A DNA stretch of 64,000 nt, from NCBI GenBank assembly GCA_039621445.1, contig CP154954.1:47843847-47907846 (forward strand), written 5' to 3'. Of the stretch, positions 20,498 to 49,300 are shown piece by piece. Position 1 is the stretch's first letter. The number at the start of each line of letters is the position of its first letter. The translations under genes were made by a program, and so were the position numbers. The notes under the pieces were generated by a model. The model was not told where the DNA came from. It made no database searches and saw only the letters and a program-made list of their open reading frames with translations. Origin of the DNA: Euglena gracilis. Its lineage: Eukaryota.

Positions 20498-21379
20498 GAG
20501 CAGAACCTGCAGAGTGATGAGCTTCAAGCACGGTCATATGCAACAAACAAAGCCAGTGTGGCCTTCCCCGGGGATATGAAAGGTTCATTGCAGCCGAGGT
20601 GATGACTGGCAGCGTGAGATGATCACCAACACGTGGGTCACGACCAGGCAATTCTTGACATGAGATGGATTTGTCAGGAGTGTACACCTTCAAAATTAAT
20701 TAGTGTTTGCCTTGAAACCCATTCCCTTCCACTAACTTGAGGTGCACGTTGGCAATTGGTTAGCCACCCCGGCCTCCACAGCGGTGCAATTGGTGGCGTG
20801 TGTTGACTAATTCGTTGCCCAGCACGACCAACTACGAACAAATTATGATTGCAGGTTACAAAGACATCACTTCTTATATCCAATGGTACTCCCTGAGGCG
20901 ACAAGAACGTTATCAGACATGGGGGTTAAACCTGGACAACAATACTCCAGGACTTATCCTCAAGTGTCACCCTGGCGAGATTGGTCCTCAGCCGGCATCC
21001 GGAAAATTAAGCTTCAAAAAGAAGGAAGGGTCCTATCCAACCACCAGCAGGCAACAGACGCCGGACAATTTAAAGCCGGTGACTAGGGCCTGGCAAATGT
21101 GCATGACGGTGGAGGGAAGAGGAGCAAATGTGCCACTTGCACAGAAAAATGCGGGGCGGGGCGGAGAGCGCCGGCGTCAACAACATACTTCAGGCCGTTG
21201 GACTTCATTCAGTGTTACGTGTTTATTGGATGCCCTCCCCCACAAAACTACAAAAGGTCGCACCATGATGCATGCTGATATGCAACTAAAGCAGTTTGAA
21301 ATCAACAGACGAGTGCCAACCGTTACTCAGAATTTTGTGCAGGTTGAATATGACTAGATCCGTGGGGAGGCAATACACA

Positions 21380-21960
21380 TGATATACACATGCATGGATA
21401 CATGCATGCATGCGTGAATGCATACACACATACACACATACATGCATGCGTGAATGCATACACACATACACACACATACATGCATGCATATGTACATGCA
21501 TACATACATACATACATACATACATACATACATACATACATACATACATACATACATACATACATACATACATACATACATACATACATGCATACATACA
21601 TACATACATACATGCATGCATGCATGCATGCATGCATACATACATACAGGCATACATACATGCATACATACATACATGCATGCATACATACATGCATACA
21701 TACATACAGCATACATACATGCATACATACATGCATACATACATACATACATACGTACATACATACATACATACATACATACATACATACATGCATGCCT
21801 ACATGCATACATGCATACATACATACATACATGCATACATACATGCATACAAACATGCATACCTACAAACATAGATACATCGATTCATCCATGCATGCAT
21901 AGATACATCCGTCCATCCATCCATCCATCCGTCCGTCCGTCCGGCCGTCCATCCATCCAT
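21380..21960. repeat. (CATA)n/(CATG)n microsatellite; similar compound array (CATA)n-(CA)n-(CAGA)n at 36770-37140
   Basis: Seen directly. Other simple repeats: (CA)n at ~830-1000, 16540-16860, 27548-27716; (TG)n at 10237-10345, 11025-11130, 50443-50730; (GAGT)n at 18295-18368; (GTGAC)n at 47027-47066. Confidence 0.95.
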
Positions 21961-23531
21961 ACATGCCTGCATGCCAAATAATGCTCCCCCCCTGAGGGTT
22001 GACTTCGACCAAATAACAGTTTTTTGAACTATCAGTTTTGGGGGGATGTTTTTTTGGGGGGGTTATGTAATATTGAGTGTAAAAAAAGCATTGAATCTAT
22101 GTTGAACACCATCAAACCCATCGTAGGAGGAATCTTTGTTTGGTATCTCCCCTCTGTTTCAATCCGAACATGTTAGAATTCATGTGAAATTTTAATAAAA
22201 ATGTGGTTCCAGTTCACAGAAAAACTAATTTTCCTGCTGTGGCGGTCCGTGAAGAATGGGGAGAAATATCACCCCCCCCCCCCAAATAACACCCCCCCGG
22301 TGTGTTATTTGGGCACCCGAGCTGGGGCCCCAGGGGGGGGTGTTATTTGGGGTGTGTGTTATTTTTACATGGAAAACCAAAGGAAAACCGGGGGGGGGTG
22401 TTATTTGGGCGCTCGAAATCGGCCCCCGAGGGGGGGTGAGTTATTTGGGGGGGGGTGTTATTTGGGGGGGTGTTATTTGGGAGGGGGGTTTATTTGGGCG
22501 GGTCCAGGGGGGAATATTATTTTATAATATTATTTTATAATATTATTATATTATTTGGGGGGAATATCATATGGGGGCCGGGACCCATCCCTCCCCAAAA
22601 GGGCAATTTTTTTTCCTTCCGCCGCTTCGCAATTTTGGGTAATTTTAACAAAAATTTGCCCCCAAAAAGTGCCAAAAATGGCATTTTGGCCAATTTTTGG
22701 CCGATTTTAGGCGTAAAATTTTTTGGCCTGGCAAAATGCCGGGCCAAAAACCTGGCCAAACCACCGAAAAGATGTCCTCCGACCGGGGAGGGGGGGGAGT
22801 GGTCAGTGGATATAGGGAGGGGGAAGAAGCAAAGCAAGGACATGAACAACAAAAACCACAAGCAAGAATTAATTACAGTGTCCAATTATAGAAAAATTAG
22901 ACACCATGGCTTTCTGAGGGGGTTACCATCCCTGCCGGACACCACAAGGCCAAAAAAAAAATTCCACCACACACAGGAGTGGGCGTTCACGTGGGGTCAA
23001 CAGAGGAAAAACCACCAGGGAAAAATCTGTTTGTGAAACGCTGGCGGCTGGGGGAGAGCACTGAGGAAGGGGATGTGGAGCGCCGAGGGTTAATCGGCAG
23101 CATATAGAACACGGCCACAGTTCCGGCGGCCAGACATTTACTGGTGGGTCAAGTGACTATCGGCCTGCCGGTCTGACCAAACGCCCCACTGTGCTTCACC
23201 CCCTGCCAATACACCAGAAATATGGGTATCCACCGGTGGGAAATTCATCGGACAAAAGCTGAATGGCCCAGGGTGATTATCGACAAGTGGGGAGACAACG
23301 AGACCAAGAAAACACACGACGAACTTCGAGCAATGCCCTTTCACAATCAAGCTGCAGGATTTTTTGTAGAAACAATCTTTTGAGGAATTTTCCATCAAAA
23401 ATTGATTACACGAAGATGACCCATAAAACGTGCGGGCAACGGGGTCAGCTCTCAGGCAAAAAAAAGATGTAGGTGTGTGTGTGCGTGTGTTTGTGTGTGT
23501 TTGTGTGCGTGTGTGCGTGTGTGTGTCGGTT

Positions 23532-23565
<34 letters not shown>

Positions 23566-25510
23566 GGAAAACCAATGCCAACACGGTGCTTCCCCCATGT
23601 CCCTCGCCTCATCCACTGCCCCCCTCCCCGACAAACGGATGTGTGAGCGGAACCCAAAAACAAAGCCATTTCCGGTGTGGTCTGTGGCAAATGAATTGAA
23701 GCCCGCCCCACAAATTGTCTGCTTTTGCTCATCACCACTGAGATCAAGGGTGGCCGTTTGCAAAAAAAGGTGTGCCAGTGTGTGGCACTCGGCGCAGTGG
23801 AATCAGGTTGCAGGGGGGAGGCCAGTGATCTTCGGCCGAGTGTCATCGCAGGACAACGGGCAAGCCAGGCTTTCAGCTGCAGATTTGAGCACGCCAGTAA
23901 GGGCAAGACACAACACTTGCTTTTGGGACCTCGGCACGTCACGTGCCACGGGCCTGGACCATCCACAATGACCCTGGGGGCCAGGAAATGAAGCCAGTTG
24001 CCATCCACAATTACCCTGGGGGCCAGGAAATGAAGCCAGTTGTCAGTCCGTCAGTCACGCCAGTGAAATGGCGATTCAATCCATTTGAACGGAGAACAGT
24101 TTAACAGCACGCATGCCGTATTGATTCCATTGCATTCGTCCTCAAAATTCTGGTGCCTTGCTCTAAATCCCTTCAAAAAAAAACACCCAATGCACCCAAT
24201 GCCGGCACCCGGTCTACTCTTTTTGGGTTGGAAAACATTGCCTGTGAGTGCCTGCCCAGGCAGGCACTACCCCCCGGGGGGGGGGTCGGATTTCGGCCTG
24301 TGCCCAGGCACATTCCTTTGAAAATAGAACATTTTTGGCTCCCCGGCGCCTTCGGCACCGGGGTTGTGCTGTGGCACTTTTGGCTGTGCGTCCTACCCCC
24401 CGGGGGGGGGGGTCGGATTTGGAGTGCCTTGGAGTGCCTGCCCAGGAAGGCACCCCCCCCGGGGGGGTGGGGTCAGCACCTGACTGAAAAAACAGCCTGG
24501 TCCCTACTCAACAGGTGGTCCACCAAATCGGGACCAACCTCGTGAGTGCCTCTGTTCTCAGCCCGAAGGCACCTCGCGAGGCTGCCCTGCCCCATAAGAC
24601 AAACCCACTCGACACACCCCGGTCAAGCAACCCCCCTCCCCCTGGACAAAGCGAACCTATTTTCAGCTGCCGGGTCCAGTTGTGTGCGATCTTTTTGGGT
24701 ATGCTGCTGTTTCATAAATGAACGAATATGTTTTTTTTGATTCTTTGGAATCAAATCATTATCACACAACTTGCCTGGTAAGCATGGCATATTCGTTGGG
24801 CAAACGTGAGTTCTGCTGCCGTTATCACATACAATGTAAAACAATAAATGAAGGCTCACACAAAGAAATACAGCACTCGATTCAGGCGGCTGAAATCGAT
24901 GTTGTGCACTCAGTGAAACAGCACAGCGACAGAGCGACACGGGTGATACACAGGGATATGGTGGTCAACACTCAATGGTCACCCTCAGCAAACATGAAGG
25001 GCCAGTGGCGCAGAATCCCAGTCCCAGAGGGGGACAGGGGCCCTGAAGCCTCCCCCTTCGGAAGCCACCCTTTGGAGAGCATCACTGGGGCTCAGGCTCA
25101 GAGGAAGGAGGGGATGGGTCAGAAGGGAACACAGCGTCGCGACTCCCACAGACAGAAAGCTGACTTTGGTAAATACATTGGATGTAAACAAAAAACCACC
25201 CTGCGTGAACTCTCCACCTGGAAGGTGTAGTATTTCTGTACTTAGTTCTCAATTGCGGCGTCAAATTCTGTCTTTAGTTCTCAAAATGCGGCCTCCCCCC
25301 CCCCCCGCTGTCGACCGATCTCAAGACCACATGTCCCACCTGCAAGGAGTTGCACCGGGCGGTTTCGCTGAACCAGCTTGAGACAGAGGTAGTGGCATGA
25401 GGTGTGGCCACGGGGGTGGGGCAAAGGTGGGGAGGCTGTTGCAGGGGGAAGGTGATGTAGGCAAGGAGTCATAGAGTTGGAACTATCCATCCATTCATTG
25501 GAGCGCTCAC

Positions 25511-25773
25511 CAGGCTTCTTTTTAAGACCCCGGGGGGGGGTCCCCCCCACCCACCCAGGGTGGCGCGGGCCCCCCCGGGGGGGGGGGGGGGCGCCCCCCC
25601 CCCCCCCAAATCGGGCCCGTTAAAGGCAATCTTCAAAATTTTCGGCGCGAAGGTATACCTGGCGCCTCCGACGCGGGAGCCCCCCCCCCGGGGGGGGGGG
25701 GGGGGGCCGGCGCGGGCGCCCCCCCCCACCCCCCCCCCCCCCCCGGGGGTCTTCTGACTTAAAAAGAAGCCTG
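25511..25773. mobile_element. hAT-like MITE (family B), no TSD retained
   Basis: Perfect 16-bp TIR CAGGCTTCTTTTTAAG / CTTAAAAAGAAGCCTG. Interior AAATCGGGCCCGTTAAAGGCAAT shared with 29132-29440. Confidence 0.85.
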
Positions 25774-27566
25774 TTTGGAAGATTTGGCCAGGCATCCCTT
25801 TAGTGTGTCCACAAGGATGCTGGTGAACACAATTTTTTGGGGGGTGAACACAGGTGAACACAGAAAAAAATTGGTGAACGTATGAAAACACATAGAAAAA
25901 AAGTTTGGTGAACACAAAAAAAATTGATAAAATACGGGGTCCAAATATGACGAGTGGGGGCATGAACAGTCCTACTTACAGTCAGAAATCAGGGTCCGGG
26001 TTTTCCACATGCGGTGTGAGGAAAAAAGGGGGGTTTTCACAGGGATAGGTATAAATATATAGGGTCATAGGGTTTACATACGTATAGGGGTTTGGCGTAG
26101 ACCTCTGTTTCATAAAAAAAACGCTTTTTACTTGCATGCCAGTGATCAGAACCCTCGGAAAATGTGATATTTAAGCAAATTTAATATAACTCAATAAAAA
26201 TACAGGAAATTGGAAGAAGATGGGGGGGAGTGGTTAAAGGTTTGGAGACAAGGTTCCAAAAGAGAAAGTTTATGGGGCGACAATTTCCGGAAGGAGGGTG
26301 TAGGAAATGAGGTGAATGAATATGAAATTAAAGCATGGAAAATGGGATGGATGAGTCGACCAATAGAGATGCTTTCACCCCACTGCCTTGTTGAAAGGAA
26401 AAAAAATACCCCAGGGCGTCAGCAATCTGCCTAAAGAAGTGGTTTGCCGGTTGGCGGCTGGGTCTCCATCCACCCTGTATCGGGACTGCCTTCAGTCTGC
26501 GAGGGAGGAGGTTTGAGCAGCAGGTGAAGTGGAGCAGTGCGGTGGTCCGCGAGGTGGTTCGACGGCGCCGACAGATCTCATTCCCAATCCGTCCCAGCTG
26601 AGTGGGAAGAGCCCAGATGGGGGGGGGGGCGAACCAATTCCGCACAAAGCGGTGGTACATCAAAGTTTCGCTGTTTCGCTTTGTGGTTCAGCACAAAAAA
26701 AGTTTTGCCAAGCCCTGGATAAGCCGTTATGGTGGAAAAAAAAATCCAGCCACTTGCTTTCAAAAGCTCACACACCTGCAAATATGAATACACAATACCG
26801 TATAAGAATATATTATATACATTACAACATATTATTTATATATACAATATGTATACAATATAATATATTATAATATATAATATAAGAATATACATGTGAG
26901 AATCACATACACCAACACCCAAACTCTCCCAAGAAATGGCCAAAATTTTGCTTTATTTTTTCCCCCAGACACCCTGGGCATTAGCTCAACTAAACTGGAC
27001 CACTTGGCACACTCTGGATGGATGCAAAGCAGACTCACACCCATTCAGCTGCCTCCAAAAACCCACCCACCCCCAAACCTATTGGTCAGGCAGGAAGAGA
27101 CGGAGGTCTGGCCCCAATCGAATTGGGACCGGGTGACGGGTGGGGGGAGGAGGCGCAGTGGCGCGCAGGCGCCTTCGTGGCGTGCTCTTGGCCGGCGGAG
27201 CGCCGCGGCTAACCCTGCAGGGGTGGGGCAGGCTTGCGCATATGGGGGCACCCATGGAGCCCCAGCCGTTGGCCTGGGGGGTCTGAGGCTGAGGGGCCCA
27301 GCAGTGGGGCCCAAAATCTGTTTGACGAAAAAAAAAAACACCCCAAGCAACCCCACAACACCCCCAAGTCAGGTGTGGGCATGGTCCTTGATAGTTTGAT
27401 CAGGGGGATCTGATTTGGGGGGGTGTCCTCCCGATCAAGGACCCACTAGCCCCCCTCCCCCAATCGAAGAGGGGGCGGGGTGGGGGGCACCCCTTCCCAT
27501 TTACACTCCAGACACCATCCTCATATCGAACCGTGAGGTGCCCACATGCACACACACACACACATG

Positions 27567-27674
<108 letters not shown>

Positions 27675-28304
27675 CACACACACACATGCACGCACACACA
27701 TACACATACACACACACCAGCATCCCTTTCAGTTTCCTGATACGTGGGATGTTGACCAGGGATCAGCAGGCATCAGCAAAGTTTGCCACCGGGCCAACCA
27801 AGCTCAGGCGACAGCTTCCCAGGGAGCCCTTTTCAAATGTCATGCCCATTGGAAGCGTGACACAGCAGCTGGGATGGGCCCCAAGGAGAGAACTCCCAGG
27901 GGGGGGGGGGTTCGAAAGTCCTGCCGGTTGCCAACGCTTGGCAATGACCTGTCCGGTGGTCAGGGATGGCAATGAATGTATTGTGCGGCACCCTTTCCTT
28001 GTGGGTGCAAAGAATTATTTGTAGTAGGAACACAAATTTCCCATAACAATCCTCAAAGAAGAGCTCTCTGCTCAGGGAGCATTGGTTGGGCGAATGGAAA
28101 CCAGGGAGGGGCACTCAATAGAAAATCGCGCAACCCTGGTTGATCCTTAACCCGAACACCCAAGGGGAGGGGGAATCAATTTTATGAAACACGCAAAGGA
28201 AGGCGGGTTAGCAGACTAATCGGCAGCTGTGGGGAGAGGGAATGCACATTGGGGACACATACGGTCAAAATGAAGGTCCTTCCAACCTTTCGCCTGCAAC
28301 AGAC

Positions 28305-28553
28305 CAGGCTTCTGTTTAAACAACGCCAGGTGGTGTCTTGTGCTGTGGGGTGCCTGCCCATAGCAGGCCCCCTCCCCCCCATTTGGAGGCGGTTCTGGGT
28401 CCCAGTGCCTGCCCATCCCTTGAACCCAATTCTCGGACGTGTGCACTGCAAAACACTCTCCCCCCAAAACCGACCTGGGTTCGAAAGTGCATACCCCCCC
28501 CTGCCTGTCCACAGCATCCCCAGGGGGGGGGGGCTTCCTTAAAAAGAAGCCTG
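28305..28553. mobile_element. Diverged MITE with family-B-type termini
   Basis: CAGGCTTCTGTTTAAA ... CTTAAAAAGAAGCCTG; interior resembles family D (GTGCCTGCCC units). Confidence 0.6.
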
Positions 28554-29131
28554 CAAGGGATGCACAAGGTTGGAGGACTTTCGGTTTGCAATTCATGGAA
28601 GGCAGCTGGCCAAACCTGCGCTTCTTCGGGGCTCCCCCCTGGCACAGGCCCTTTGGGTGGTAAACCACACCAAGCTTGAGGCTGTTGGTTGGGCTGTGTC
28701 CAAAGACTGAGTGACCAGCATCCCCAGGGGGGAGGGGGGCAGTTTTCCCCAAGCCCAAATCCACCCACCCAACTTTTTTCGAAGACACACACAAACGACC
28801 CCCAACACCCACCCACCCATCCAAAATCCACCCAAAGTCGAAGGAAAACCCCTGAAAAAAATTCCCAGGCTGACCAATGGCGAACCCCCCCGGGGGGGGG
28901 GGAGTCCAGGGCGGTCCTCAACGGAAAGGAAACTTCCCGACCCAGCACAGTCACTGAAAAATTCATAAGAAAAATGGATAAAGATGATAATATTTTGGCA
29001 AAAATTGTTCGACTTCGGGGGAAAAAGTGATTTCTGGCATCCTTGGACCACCGCTACCCAAAACGTTAAAAAATGTGTTTTTGGACTTTTTGTTTTTTTG
29101 CCTCCATTCATCCAGGATTGGCCATTGGCTG

Positions 29132-29440
29132 CAGGCTTCTTTTTAAGACCCCCAGGGGGGGGGGAGGGGGGGGTCCTCCCGCCCCCCACCAAGGGTGGCG
29201 GGACCCCACCCACGGGGGGGGGGACCCCCCCAAAATCGGGCCCGTTAAAGGCAATTTTCAAAAAATTTCGGCGCTTCGCGCCGAAAAGGTATACCCAGCG
29301 CCTCCGGCGCGGGACCCCCCCCCCCCGCGGGGTCCGGCGCGGGCCCCCCCCCCCGGGGGGGGGGGGCCCGGTCCGGACCCACCCACCCTCTCCCCCTCCC
29401 CCCCCGGGGGGGGGGGTCAGGTGACTTAAAAAGAAGCCTG
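29132..29440. mobile_element. hAT-like MITE (family B) with perfect 8-bp TSD
   Basis: 16-bp perfect TIR; ATTGGCTG at 29124-29131 and 29441-29448. Confidence 0.92.
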
Positions 29441-29838
29441 ATTGGCTGTCCCTTTGGCCTGAAGGCGGTCCTTAAGGGAACCCACCCCCCACCCCGGTGG
29501 TTGGGTGGCACGCAGCCCCAGTGGGCGGCGGGGGGGGGGGGGCTTAGGCAAGTCTTTCATGAATCTATAGCTGTCTGTTGTTTTGGTTTGGTGCCCAACC
29601 AAAATAACGGAAAAGCTTCAGAAGTCGAAAGGACATGCGGCTTGATTGTGCTGCAGCAAAAAAAAACGATCAGGACACCCAAGAAGAAAAGAAGCTGTGT
29701 TTGCCACGATGGGGCGGGAGCAGGTTTCGCCAGCACCGGGGACAGGGTTCAGGCAGGGCCGGACAGGGACTCGCCCGTCACGACCCTGACACAGCGCCCT
29801 GGGTTGGCAGGAGGGCACAGGGGGAAACCCTCTCACTG

Positions 29839-44597
<14,759 letters not shown>

Positions 44598-45239
44598 GAG
44601 GAGGGCTGCGAGGAATTGAGTAATATTTTGGCAATGCTGTTCCTTTTGTTCCAGTTTGGAATTCATGCAACAAATTTGCACATTGAGGCGTAGCTTCTGC
44701 ACATTTTACACCCTTCCCAATGTGCATTCCCACAATTTTAATGCATTTTTGGGGTCATGTTCACGCATATTTCAACACCTTTCTGTTCATCTGTTCATTG
44801 TCAACTATTTCAAATTGCATTCACATCAAATTGCGTTGATGTGCTCTGCTGTCTGTTTGAACAGTGGCCGTCTGATGTCTGTTGCTTTGGTAAGTAAACA
44901 TCACAACATCCAATTCACTTTGACTTCATCCATCAATCCATCAATCCAAAAAAACCAATACTTTTCAAGCACGTTCAAAAAATCGCCACCATTCAGGGTC
45001 TCCTTAATTTCGAAGGTTTTGTTGCAACTTGCAAATGAGAACTGCAATGGGGGGGCTTGCGAATGCGAACCTTGGGAGTGGGAACTGCACTGGGGGGGAT
45101 CATGTGAAGCCTCGAAGAGCAGCTGGGCTCCTGCACATGTCCAAGCACTTCCAGGCACTTTAATAATGTCGTTGGGATTTGTCGGGTTTTGAATGTCGGA
45201 GTCCCGGCACATGCTTATGGCAGTATTTGATCTGAGGAA

Positions 45240-45955
45240 ATGACGACTTTTGGCGACGTTTGCCACTTTTGCCCACTGTTGGCCAACGTCAGGCCACTTT
45301 TGGCCACTGTTGGAGGCTTTTGACTGCTTTTGGCCACTTTTGGGCACTTTTGCCCACGCTTGGCCTTCTTTTTTTTTGCCTTTTTTAGGCCACTTTTCTG
45401 ACTTTGGAACACTCTTTTCTTTCCACTTTTGCACACTGTGAGCCATTTTTGGCTGGTTTTGGCCCATTCTGTCCACGGTTGCCACCTTCAAACCATTTTG
45501 GCCAATTTTGACCACTTTTTGCTGCCTTTGACTGCTTTTAGCACATTTGGCCAAAATCGCCCACTTTTCGACCACATTTGAAAATTTTGGCCACGGCTAT
45601 GGCTATTTTTGTCACTTTCGGTCACCATCAAAATCACTTCTGGCCACTTTGGGTGAGTTTTGCTGTTTTTGATTGTTGTTTAGGGAGTCTCATTTTCGAA
45701 CAACCTCTGGAGACACAAAAAAAACCTCTTTTTTTATAAACACAGACACCAGAATCAATCATCATAATATTCCTTTTGGGCAAATTTGTCCATCTTTTTG
45801 TCAACAATCTATTCTTCCAAAAAAAATTGCACTGTTGTCGGAATTTGTCGGGATTTGTCGGAACTAACACCTCCAGAGGTCCAAAAAAGTGTTGTCTGGA
45901 TTTGTCAGGATTTGTCAGGGTTCGTCGGAATTTGCAGGGAGTTGTCGGGATTTTT
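45240..45955. repeat. Degenerate ~10-bp arrays (TTTTGGCCAC-like at 45240-45660; GATTTGTCGG-like at 45835-45950)
   Basis: Periodic motifs seen directly; they produce the spurious K/Q/W-periodic ORF 44901-45575. Confidence 0.8.
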
Positions 45956-46378
45956 CGCTGGAGGTGCTTGCATACGTCATGCCTCAGATGTGCAAAACCG
46001 AAATTTAGGGTTTGCGTGCTATCTGATACCGAAAGCATAAACTGAACCAACAAAATCAACTGAAAAATCAATTTTAATTGAATAAAAATTAATAGTGAAT
46101 TCCAGGTCCATCTTCGGACCTTGGGGCTAGGGAGTAAGCAACGCTTCCACCTTGGACACAAGTGTGAATCCCAACCCAGCGCAGGCAAGCGAGCGACATG
46201 CAGGTTGGTGGACGGCCTATTGAACAGTGTCCCGGGGCGACGGGGAGGGACAGGGTTTATGTACAGGTGTACAAGGGTGGGGAGGTGGAGTGGGTAAATG
46301 TTGATCTGACGCAGGGGGCGAAGGAGGCACGACACGACAAGACGGGCGCGAGCGGACGGGGTAGGGGGCAGGGACGGG

Positions 46379-49300
46379 TCACGGCCCCTCTGGGCCGGAG
46401 ATGAAGGGGGCGGTGAGGCACTGGGGGCCGGAGGCCCGCAGGCCGGGGACCTGGCCCAGCCGCTGCCGGCGGAGCAGCTCCCGCACCGCGCGGCAGAGGC
46501 CCTCCGCGGTGACGCGGTACTGCGGCGACGGCCCCACCCGATCCGTTTCCGGGGCGGCCTTTGCAGGGCGGCCAACACACTCATGCCATGCCTTCTTTCC
46601 AAGCACCCATAGTATTCCAGCATCCCAGACCCAGTCACGTCGAGTCACGCCCAAGTCAGGCCCAAGTCAGGCCCAAGTCAGGCCCAAGTCAGGCCCAAGT
46701 CAGGCCCAAGTCAGGCCCAGTTCACAGCCATTCCATAAATATTGGTGCTTGCTCCTTTCCTCGCCAGCCATCAACACTCCACTTCCCAGCCCTGAATCAA
46801 AACCTTCGGCGTGTCAGCTGCAGGTGGTTTGGTACAGCAACCGCAGCAATCCATGCGATGGCGTTTCTGTTTTCACTGCGTCATGACAGGACTCAAGGAG
46901 GGCCGTCTACGGCTCTTCACCAACACCTTTAGCATCGCCCACGTCAAAGCTCCTTGGCTGGCCCCGTCCAGGACGGTGTCCTGAGCCGCCTGGTGCTCCT
47001 GTGGGACAACGCGTACCGAATACGCCGTGACGTGACGTGACGTGACGTGACGTGACGTGACGTGACAGCCACACGGCGGCGGCACGGGTCACACCTGACA
47101 GCCCGTCAACAGCGTGACCACCTTCGCCTCTTGACTACGGTCTGGCTTGGAGCGCCGGCGCGGCGGTTGTTGCGGAGCGACGGTCGCCAGGCGGCCCAGG
47201 ACCGAGGGGGGAGGCGGCAGGTACCGGGCCGCGGTGTGGCACTCCTTAAGCGGGCAAGCGGCCCGTGCCACACCTGAGCGACGAGTGAGAGCGTTTGGAG
47301 TGTGGAGTGCCTCCCAATCTGATGGTATGTGGGGGGGGGGGCAGGGTATTTCTTAAAAACCCCCAGGGGGTCCCGTGGGCCGGCTGGAAAAAGGTGCTGG
47401 CTGGACCCCCACCCGAAAAATTTTTCGGTCCACCCAGCTTCGCCAGGCTGAACCCAGCTTTATTTACCAACTTTTTTTTTCCAGAGAACACTCGGTGGGG
47501 GGGTCCGAAACCCGGCTGGGAGGTGCTGGCTGGACCCCCCCCCCCCTTGGGGGTTGCGCCCCATCCAGCTTAAGAGAACCTCTCGTGGGTTTTTCTGAAT
47601 CGCCGATTTTGAATTTTCTGTTGCATGCAAGGTTAAAAAAAAAAACGTCAGTGGATATTCGTGAGCATCCTCCAACAATTTTTAGGTGTAGACACAATGG
47701 CCCAGGATACTGAAGGAAAGCCACTCCCTCATGACCCATATATTCATGATACACCACACACACACACCTATCACACATACATATACACACACACATACAT
47801 ATGTACACATACATTTACAGTACATGTATAACACATGTACACATACAATACATATATACAGCAATTCTTAGGAAAAGGGATTCACAAAAAGTCTTCCGAA
47901 ACGGGGACCATACTTCTGGCCTAACTGTTGACCCAAAACTGGCCAATTTTCAGCGCGCCGATCCTAACCCCTTTTCCTCAAAATATGGGCACAGACTCCC
48001 CAAACCCGCCAGAAGATGCCAATCAGCGACTCGGGTGGTGATGCCCATCCCCTTTCCCATTGCTTGGCACACCAGCAGCTGGGGAACCGCTGGGGGTGTG
48101 GCCACAGTCTAGGACGCACGTCACCCGCACCCCCGGGGGGCAGTCGTGCACGAGGGCGCGGTCGAGCTCCTCGTCCGTCAGGGCGTTGCCGGCCCAGTCC
48201 ATGTCCGCCGGACAGAGGCAGTCGTGGAGGCAATCCTCCTGCGTGGCGGCGTCCGCCTGGATCACCTGCGGGGGGATGAGAGGTCACGTGCACAAGTGGG
48301 AGGTTGCGGCGAAGCACGTGGAGACATTCTGGGGTTTGGGTGTGTTGTTGGAATTTGTCAGGTTTTGGACACTGGAGGCGGGGTCACATCCACATCATTT
48401 GGAACATGCCATCACAGACAATACCGTGGTGTATGATGTGATATACGCCCAAAATAGAATTCTTTTTTGTTACTTCTTTGTCTGGAATGTGCAAATCTGG
48501 CATTGAAAACTTCACTTGTTCTTTGGAATGCATCCTGCCGACCCCCAGTCAAATTTATAATGATATTTGTCCTCAACTAGGGGGGGGGGGCATGATAGCA
48601 GCCAATATTCATCTCCGACGGGTGCAAGGCTTCCCAAAAGAAGACAAATAGCATTCCTCAGCCAGACAAAACCTTTGCAGAATTATGCAACATGAGAAAC
48701 GTTGCAACGTTGGCTTAGCGAATGAGTGACAGTAACAACAACGACATCCCGCCAACGAGTGACAGGCTACCCAGTCAGCCAGTGGCATGGCCTGCTGGAG
48801 GACGCTTCGGCACAACCTGGCACGTTGGGGGGTGACACACCTGTGACCCGTGCCCGCTGAAGTGGAACACCACCGTGTCGCCCGCCTCGACGCCCGCCAT
48901 CAGCGCCTGCAGCGCGAGGCGGAGGTTGGCGGCGGTGGGGACCGCCCGTTCCTCTGCATCGTCCGTCGGTTCGGAACCCTCGACGGCCTGGGGCCCGTGG
49001 GACAGCGTGGAGGGTGTCATTTGCGGGGGTGACATTGTGCCCTGGGCACATGGTGTGGTGCTTCACTGTTCGACGCTTCGACCGTTCACTGATTTGAGCC
49101 AATGTCGTGCCTGCCCACCCTCTTCTATTGAACTCTTCCGAATTTTTCTGACACGTTTTTGGGAGGGGTATTTCTGTGCAATTTTTCAGTCATGACATGT
49201 GATGCTTGAAATTGCAGGCGTGGGCTTCCCCACCCCACCCTCTACAGCATCTATACCATCAACATCAACCGCGTCGACCTACAACATGTTGGGCGGCCCA

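Noticed and set aside
23960-24042. About 41-bp direct duplication (CCATCCACAAT.ACCCTGGGGGCCAGGAAATGAAGCCAGTTG x2)
   Set aside because: Only two adjacent copies with no spacer; an ordinary local tandem duplication.
26430-27300. GC-rich blocks that might be further 3' exons of the cyclase
   Set aside because: No in-frame joins or motifs could be established.
44901-45575. 224-aa Lys-rich minus-strand ORF
   Set aside because: Mostly a translation of a ~10-bp degenerate tandem array; no recognisable domain.
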